Source of the DNA: Verrucomicrobiota bacterium
GTDB lineage: Bacteria > Verrucomicrobiota > Verrucomicrobiia > Chthoniobacterales > JAFAMB01
Assembly (NCBI GenBank): GCA_019233825.1
Contig: JAFAMB010000086.1
Coordinates: 1 to 40,147, forward strand
Reading direction: 5' to 3'
Length of the DNA: 40,147 nucleotides
Numbering within the stretch: the first letter of the stretch is position 1; every line of letters starts with the position of its first letter. The translations under genes and the position numbers were made by a program. The notes beneath the pieces were generated by a model, which had not been told where the DNA came from, did not search any database, and was given only the letters and a program-made list of their open reading frames with translations. This document shows positions 34,563-40,147 of the stretch, in pieces.

Positions 34563-37142
34563 CTAGCCGGCGTTCGACACCTTTAGCGTGTAGTTTGGAA
34601 ACCGGGTCTTCAGTTCTGAAAGAGTTTTTGTTGCTTGTGGTTCGTTCCCGGCCTTTTGAAACGCCTCGTAAGCATGTTCCAACGCACGTGGAGTGACTTC
34701 CGGATCCTCGTACAAAAGAGCTACGCTCATGTAGGAGCGAGCCGCGTTTTCATAGTTTCCTCTAGCGGTTTCAATGTCGCCGATCAGCATCCTTGCTTCG
34801 GCATTTAATCGGCCTTCGGGTTGAAGCGACAATGCCTGCTCGGCTGACTTTGTCGCCGGATCCAGTTCTTTGGAGCCGAGCTGGGCACTGCTTAATATGA
34901 GAAAGCCCTGGGCGCGATCGGCCGGCTCGGTTGCCAGTTCCAGGTAGTGATTGATTGCGTCGATTGCGTCCGGGTAAGTATTGAGCTCATTGAGAGACCT
35001 GCCAAGACTCAGCCAGATACCCTTATCAACCTTGACCGGATCCATGTTTTTGGTCATCAGCCCAAGGTATTTTGCAGCCTGCCCGAAATTGTTTTCGTTG
35101 TAAAATTCGGAACCGAGCCAGCGACAAACATCCAGGACCATCGACACCCGTTGCGGATCTCTTGCGATGAAGTCATCGACCTCTTTGGCGGCATCCGGTT
35201 TCCGGTGCAGATTCTGGTAGCACAAGATCAAACGGAGAGTAGTCTTCTCGGCGAACTCGTCCGGGCTGAGTTGGCGGGCTTGAGTCAATGGCGTGATGGC
35301 ATCCTGATAGCGTTTCGCCTCAAAGGCCGCCCAGCCAATCCAGTAGTTTGCTTGAGCCGCTCCCGTGCTGTTGGGGTAATCCTTCAGCATTCGGCGAAAG
35401 GTGGCCGTCATCTGCGCGTAATTTCCCTGTTGTCCCAGAGTCAGGCCTTTCTGCAGAAGAGAAGTTTCTGTTTCAGCGGATGCCGGGTAGTCGGTGATGA
35501 TCTTGTCAAAGTCGTTAATTGCCGCAGGAAAATTCTTGGCCTCCTGGTAAAGCAAAGCCCGCTTCAGCAAAGCTTTTGAAACCATCTTGTGTTTTGGGAA
35601 CTTGTCGATCAGGCCGGAAAACGCGTGGATTGCAGACTGGTCGTCTTTCAATTGTAAAAACGAAAAACCTGCAGCGTAGTAACAATCGGCTTTGTATGGG
35701 TCGGCCAGAGACGAGTTGGTGAGCTCGAGATAGAGTCTCGCTGCCGGTTCGAACCTTCTCTGCTGGAAGAGCGCTTGAGCTTTTAAAAGCTTGGCTTTAT
35801 CGGCTCGATCCCGGTTCGGTGTCGTTGCAAGATAAGAATCGACCTCCGCCACCAGGGTCGGATCCTTCAGGGCATCGAGAGAAACCAGTCTCTGGTAACG
35901 GGCGTCGTAAGCTTCGGCCGCGTTCGGATAGATGTGGATCAACTGGTTGTAGAGCTCTAGCGCCTTTTGGTGCTTGCCTAACTGCCGGTAAGAGTTTGCC
36001 ACCAAAAGCATCACGCTTGGCCTGGTCTCGTCTCCGATCGAGTTAACGCTTTTCGCGTACGAATCGAGGACTTGGGCAAATTTGTCCCCTTCGTACTGCA
36101 GCTTCATTTCTTCCAACTCAGCGATTTGTTTCCACTTGCCATCGGCGTTCAAGGCGATGGCTGCCTTGAAGAGTTCGTCGGCTTTATCTTTTTGCCTGAG
36201 ATCAGCGGCCAGTATGCCGGCCCGCGTCATCGCCTCGGCCCTGACTGCGGGCTTCGCTGCATCGTGTCCAAGCCCATTGAACAGATCGAATGCCTGCTGT
36301 CTTTGATTGTTCTCGAGGGCGAAGTATGCCAACGACAAACGCGCTGCATCACGGTAAGGATTCTTGCCCGGAGCCTTGACAACGTCTTGGTATGCGATCG
36401 CGGCCTCTGACTTCTTGTTGGTCACCTCCAGGCACTTTGCTTGATAATATCTCGCCGTCAGTTTGACCTCAGGCGACCGCGCGTTGACGTAGGCCTTCTC
36501 GTAGAGCGGAGCTGCGTCCTGGAATCCCTTCCTGTCAAACTCCCGAGAGGCCAGGCGGAAGGCTGCGCTTCCGACAAATTCGCCTGTGCCAATTTCACTG
36601 ACCAACATCCGGTAGGTGTTCAGCGCGGGCTGCTCCTGGCCAAGGTTTGCGTAGCAGTCAGCCAAACGGTACATCGCAGAGGGCCGACCGGGGTCAGTAA
36701 TGAATTGGCCAAGATATTTTTCGTATTCCGGGACTGCCAGATCATACAGCTTTCGGATGTACAGTCCGTCAGCAATCGCTAACTGAGCTTTAGCCGGATC
36801 GATGCTCTGAGACTCGGCTCCCTGATTTGGGGCGAGCCGGATTTCGTCTTTTTCAGCCTGGTCCCTGGTCTTAGAATCCGGCTCCGCGGGGCTGCCGGCA
36901 GAAGTCTCTGCGTCCGGGGCGCTCTCAGTAGGGTGGCGCCGAGGTTCGGCGCTTCTGGCCGGAGGGATGTTTTCGTCCAGAATCGACTGCGGGCCCGGCA
37001 ATTGATCGGGGTAAACAGGAAGTGCACGCGGAGCCGGTTCCGGCGTTGGGGCGATCGGGAGAGCGCGCCGCACTTCCTGGCCGGGCAGTTCGGAAGCAAT
37101 AAAAATAGTGAAAGTCAGTATTTGCCAAGGACGCACTCTCAT
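34563..37142 (-). CDS. Large secreted TPR-repeat protein
   Basis: 859 aa with signal-like MRVRPWQILTFTIFIASELPGQ and a P/E-rich linker. After that come many TPR-like units (A..Y/L..G.Y..A pattern) to the C-terminus. Its start overlaps the exbD-like stop (ATGA). Confidence 0.8.
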   Translation of the reverse strand: MRVRPWQILTFTIFIASELPGQEVRRALPIAPTPEPAPRALPVYPDQLPGPQSILDENIPPARSAEPRRHPTESAPDAETSAGSPAEPDSKTRDQAEKDEIRLAPNQGAESQSIDPAKAQLAIADGLYIRKLYDLAVPEYEKYLGQFITDPGRPSAMYRLADCYANLGQEQPALNTYRMLVSEIGTGEFVGSAAFRLASREFDRKGFQDAAPLYEKAYVNARSPEVKLTARYYQAKCLEVTNKKSEAAIAYQDVVKAPGKNPYRDAARLSLAYFALENNQRQQAFDLFNGLGHDAAKPAVRAEAMTRAGILAADLRQKDKADELFKAAIALNADGKWKQIAELEEMKLQYEGDKFAQVLDSYAKSVNSIGDETRPSVMLLVANSYRQLGKHQKALELYNQLIHIYPNAAEAYDARYQRLVSLDALKDPTLVAEVDSYLATTPNRDRADKAKLLKAQALFQQRRFEPAARLYLELTNSSLADPYKADCYYAAGFSFLQLKDDQSAIHAFSGLIDKFPKHKMVSKALLKRALLYQEAKNFPAAINDFDKIITDYPASAETETSLLQKGLTLGQQGNYAQMTATFRRMLKDYPNSTGAAQANYWIGWAAFEAKRYQDAITPLTQARQLSPDEFAEKTTLRLILCYQNLHRKPDAAKEVDDFIARDPQRVSMVLDVCRWLGSEFYNENNFGQAAKYLGLMTKNMDPVKVDKGIWLSLGRSLNELNTYPDAIDAINHYLELATEPADRAQGFLILSSAQLGSKELDPATKSAEQALSLQPEGRLNAEARMLIGDIETARGNYENAARSYMSVALLYEDPEVTPRALEHAYEAFQKAGNEPQATKTLSELKTRFPNYTLKVSNAG

Positions 37143-37555
37143 TGGTCAGGTTTACCCGTTGCAAATGCAACGTTCCAGATGTCCGCCTGCCGGCAAATGT
37201 CGAGCACATCGACTATATGTTTATAATCGACGGCCTGATCGCCACGCACGATGACGGCCTGGTCTGGATAAAGTTGGGACAGCTTTTTTAATAGCTCCAG
37301 GAGTTCCGATGGATTCTTCTGCTGGCGGTTGACGATTACCGACCCATTAGCTGTGATGTTGATGACCACCTGGCCGACATAAGGCTGAGTCTCGTTGGCC
37401 TTGGTAGCGGTCGGCACTCGAACATCCAATTCATTTTCGCTCAGTGCAAAATTCCAGGTAACGATGAAAAATACCAGGACGACCAACAGTATGTCGACCA
37501 TTGGCGCGATCATAAACCCAAAGATCGTGGGTTGCCCATGTCTGCGAAAATTCAT
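37139..37555 (-). CDS. ExbD/TolR-family biopolymer transport protein
   Basis: 138 aa with a single N-terminal TM segment containing the conserved Asp (MIAPMVDILLVVLVFFIV) and a periplasmic domain of typical length. Confidence 0.88.
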   Translation of the reverse strand: MNFRRHGQPTIFGFMIAPMVDILLVVLVFFIVTWNFALSENELDVRVPTATKANETQPYVGQVVINITANGSVIVNRQQKNPSELLELLKKLSQLYPDQAVIVRGDQAVDYKHIVDVLDICRQADIWNVAFATGKPDQ

Positions 37556-37563
37556 GTATCTGC

Positions 37564-38316
37564 CTAGATCTCGTCGCTCTCAAGCACTCGGGACCGCTCC
37601 GGCCGGCGAATTTGATGCTGAGAAGTGATGATATTGACAATGTGGGATGTCGCCGATTCCAGATCGGAAACCAGAGAGGCCACTTTGCCCCGAAAGATCG
37701 CGTAGAACGCCATGGCTACAATTCCTATGATCAATCCCGAAGCAGTTGTCACCAGTGCTTCCGATACGCCGTGTGCGAGCAGCATCGGGCGGGGTTGGGT
37801 CGTGTTGCTAGCCAGGACACCGAAGGAGTTAATGATCCCGATGACCGTTCCGAGCAGGCCAAGCATCGGAGACAGCGTTGCGATGTCTGCCAGATAGACA
37901 ATCCGATGATTTAGACTGTTGGCTACTCGGGAGCCTTCGGTCTCAGCGACTTCTCGAACGGCTTCGGCTGAAGCGGTAGGGTTCTTTGTTGCGAAATCCA
38001 GCGTGCGTGAGGTTATACGAGCCACCGCTTCTGAATGACGATTCGAAACGGCGATCAATCCGAGGTAATCTCGTTTTCGAAGTAACGCCTCGGCGGTCTC
38101 CATGAATCGGCGCGTCACGACAGTTCCTCGGCGAAGGCTCAAAAAGCAGGCGAACACCAGGGCGATCGTGACGACGGAGGTCAAAACAAGTGGGATCATC
38201 ACCCAGCCACCGGCCTTTAATAGTTGCAGCAGCGTTGCTTGCGTGGTTCCAGGGGTCGGCATCGATTCGGCCGCCTGTGCCAACAGCGGGGTGATAAGAA
38301 GAGCAAACCAATTCAT
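37564..38316 (-). CDS. MotA/TolQ/ExbB-family proton channel protein
   Basis: The C-terminal block LGLLGTVIGIINSF...ALVTTASGLIIGIVAMAFY is typical of ExbB/TolQ. I prefer the ATG at 38316 (MNWFALLITPLLAQA). The track ORF extends to 38493 only by reading through the hairpin and repeat region. Confidence 0.88.
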   Translation of the reverse strand: MNWFALLITPLLAQAAESMPTPGTTQATLLQLLKAGGWVMIPLVLTSVVTIALVFACFLSLRRGTVVTRRFMETAEALLRKRDYLGLIAVSNRHSEAVARITSRTLDFATKNPTASAEAVREVAETEGSRVANSLNHRIVYLADIATLSPMLGLLGTVIGIINSFGVLASNTTQPRPMLLAHGVSEALVTTASGLIIGIVAMAFYAIFRGKVASLVSDLESATSHIVNIITSQHQIRRPERSRVLESDEI

Positions 38317-38350
38317 TCCTGTTAGCTCCCTATTTAAATGCACCTCGCGG

Positions 38351-38418
38351 CTAAGTGCAAACTTGTTCCGCAGCAATCCGGCCCGAGCCGGATTGCTGCG
38401 GAACAAGTTTGCACTTAG
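38351..38418. repeat. Perfect 32-bp stem / 4-nt loop hairpin in the divergent exbB-uvrC intergenic region
   Basis: CTAAGTGCAAACTTGTTCCGCAGCAATCCGGC, loop CCGA, then GCCGGATTGCTGCGGAACAAGTTTGCACTTAG. I verified the two arms as exact reverse complements. Confidence 0.95.
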
Positions 38419-38518
38419 AGTTTTGGGTTTAGAGTTTTGAGTTTTGAGTTTTGGTTTGGAGGCAAATGAGCGTCGGGAGGACTCAAGACGCAAAACTCAA
38501 AACCCAAAACCCAAAACC
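38417..38518. repeat. Inverted tandem-octamer array: GAGTTTTG units (38417-38459), a roughly 31-nt loop, and CAAAACYC units (38491-38518)
   Basis: AGAGTTTTGGGTTTAGAGTTTTGAGTTTTGAGTTTTGGTTTGG on the left and CAAAACTCAAAACCCAAAACCCAAAACC on the right. It directly abuts the 38351-38418 hairpin. Confidence 0.88.
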
Positions 38519-38561
38519 GTCTAAGCTGGAGCTTTCGCTGACCTACGGTAAGATTTCATTC

Positions 38562-40130
38562 ATGGAGGCGGTTTTCCTCGGAGAAAAGCCAGATCCAAAC
38601 CAGAAATTGCGTGATGTTCCGCATAAACCCGGCGTCTACCTGATGAAGGACCGGCTTAAGCGGGTTATATATGTCGGCAAGGCACGCGATCTCCGCAAGC
38701 GACTCAGCCAATATTTTATGCCGTCCCGGCGAATGACAGCCGATCTGAAGACGCGCGCTCTGCTCGACAGCATTTGGGATTTTGAGGTTCATCTGGTCCG
38801 CAACGAACCGGAGGCATTGCTCCTTGAGGGCAAACTTATAAAAGAATTTCGCCCGAAGTATAACGTCAGTTTTCGCGACGATAAACGTTTCCTGTTGGTG
38901 AAGGTGAATCTTTCAGATGCCATTCCCAGGTTTCAGCTCGCTCGCCTGAAAAAAGAGGATGGTTGCAGGTACTTCGGACCATTCGCACATGCAGGGGCTC
39001 TGCGCACGACGTTGAAGTGGATGAAAAAGCGGTTCGGGATTCGGTCCTGCCGGACCTTAGAGCCGGGGGAGGCCGACTATAAGCGATGCTTGGACCACAT
39101 GATCAAGAACTGCTCGGCGCCATGCATTCGTCGCGTCAGCTTGGACGAGTACAAGGCGCGGGTCCTCGAGGCCTGCGAGTTTCTGGAAGGACAAAGCCAG
39201 GAAATGTTGAAGCAGATCGAGGAAGAGATGAGGAAGGCGGCAGCGAACCTGGATTTTGAACGGGCCGCGGAAATGCGCAACATGCTGGACGATCTTCGCC
39301 GTACCACCAGGCCGGCTCGGCGGTTTACACGAGGCTCGTTACCGACGTCGATTGATCCAAGAGCCGATCTGCAATCCCTGGCAGACGCACTCCTATTGCC
39401 GGGGGCACCAACGGTGATGGAGTGCTTCGATATATCGAACATCTCTTCAACGCACATCGTCGCGTCAATGGTCAGCTTTCGAAACGGTGTACCTGATAAA
39501 TCTAACTACCGGCGTTACCGGATCAGGACGGTCGAAGGACAGGACGACTTTGCAAGTATGGCGGAAGTGGTTCGGCGCCGTTATTCGCGGGTGCTCCTGG
39601 AAAGCAGGATGGCTGCTCCGGATCTGGCGGAGTTCGGCCAGGAGACGGTTGATGAGTCGGTTGCTAGAATCCGGCCCACGGTATCTGAGCGCCTTGTTCG
39701 TCTGCCCGACCTAATCATCGTCGACGGCGGCAAAGGACAGCTTACGGCCGCTTGCAAGGAACTTCAGCGGCTTGGGCTGCAGAATGTTCCAATCATCGGA
39801 TTAGCGAAAGAATTTGAGGAGATTTACCGACCGGGAAGACCGTTGCCTTTGCGATTGCCCGATGATTCGGGCGCTTTGCAACTTTTGCAGCGGATTCGAG
39901 ATGAGGCACATCGCTTTGCCAATGCCTATCATCAGCTCCTTATGAAAAAGCGGGTTGCAGAAAGCATCCTGGACGACTGCCCGGGTGTCAGTGACAGCCG
40001 CAAACAGGCACTGCTGAAACACTTCGGTTCGCTCGACCGGCTTCGCAAGGCATCCGTGGCCGAAATCGCGCTGGTGGAGGGAATCAGCGAGAGACTTGCG
40101 GAGGTGATTTCTCAGTTTCTGCAGCGGTAG
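38562..40130 (+). CDS. uvrC: Excinuclease ABC subunit C
   Basis: It has a GIY-YIG domain (PGVYLMKDRLKRVIYVGKARDLRKRLSQYF), a UVR domain (LDFERAAEMRNMLDDL), an endonuclease V-like domain and a C-terminal (HhH)2. I prefer the ATG at 38562. The track start at 38451 is a TTG inside the repeat array. Confidence 0.94.
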   Translation: MEAVFLGEKPDPNQKLRDVPHKPGVYLMKDRLKRVIYVGKARDLRKRLSQYFMPSRRMTADLKTRALLDSIWDFEVHLVRNEPEALLLEGKLIKEFRPKYNVSFRDDKRFLLVKVNLSDAIPRFQLARLKKEDGCRYFGPFAHAGALRTTLKWMKKRFGIRSCRTLEPGEADYKRCLDHMIKNCSAPCIRRVSLDEYKARVLEACEFLEGQSQEMLKQIEEEMRKAAANLDFERAAEMRNMLDDLRRTTRPARRFTRGSLPTSIDPRADLQSLADALLLPGAPTVMECFDISNISSTHIVASMVSFRNGVPDKSNYRRYRIRTVEGQDDFASMAEVVRRRYSRVLLESRMAAPDLAEFGQETVDESVARIRPTVSERLVRLPDLIIVDGGKGQLTAACKELQRLGLQNVPIIGLAKEFEEIYRPGRPLPLRLPDDSGALQLLQRIRDEAHRFANAYHQLLMKKRVAESILDDCPGVSDSRKQALLKHFGSLDRLRKASVAEIALVEGISERLAEVISQFLQR

Positions 40131-40147
40131 GCGGGGGGGAGAAAGGT

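Noticed and set aside
34552-34700. A TPP riboswitch upstream of thiH.
   Set aside because: Only 11 nt separate thiH from the preceding TPR gene. I saw no THI-box core (CTGAGA ... ACCTGA) in the adjacent coding sequence. This needs a covariance-model scan to be definitive.
38361-38410. TGTTC and GAACA half-sites inside the 32-bp hairpin, considered as a second LexA box regulating uvrC.
   Set aside because: The half-sites are about 30 nt apart rather than 4 and are simply part of the long palindrome. No TGTTC-N4-GAACA match exists upstream of uvrC.

Overview
GC-rich chromosomal segment, about 40 kb. It looks like a Verrucomicrobiota-type genome: a TGTTC-N4-GAACA palindrome sits at lexA, opgGH is present, and most start codons lack a Shine-Dalgarno sequence. 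Most genes are housekeeping. They include a HAD hydrolase, ilvN-ilvC, pepF, a XerC/D-type recombinase, a ferritin-like protein, a DUF4912 repeat protein and lexA. There is an envelope glycosylation cluster (GT-C membrane enzyme, GT4, GT9 heptosyltransferase, 2OG oxygenase) and opgG-X-opgH. The rest are LysR/yggS/DUF423, rplM-rpsI-lipA, dnaG-rpoD, a tightly packed exbB-exbD-TPR-thiH-thiS string, and uvrC. I saw no rRNA, tRNA, CRISPR array, transposase or prophage genes. Two things are not ordinary. (1) At 3068-4372 there is an orphan soluble protein. Its C-terminus carries the diadenylate-cyclase (DAC/DisA_N) signature motifs behind a roughly 240-aa N-terminal region I cannot assign. A 66-aa charged ORF lies next to it. 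This is the best candidate here for an uncharacterised nucleotide-signalling module. (2) Many of the larger intergenic gaps are filled by a peculiar repeat architecture. A run of tandem 6-9-nt units is followed 30-170 nt later by a run of the reverse-complement units. These arrays fall into a few recurring unit families, and some share a conserved GGTAGGGTCGCG...CGACCGGCGTTG foot. They touch stop codons, supply the last residues of several proteins, and come within a few nt of downstream start codons. All calls come from reading the sequence and ORF translations. No database search was run.
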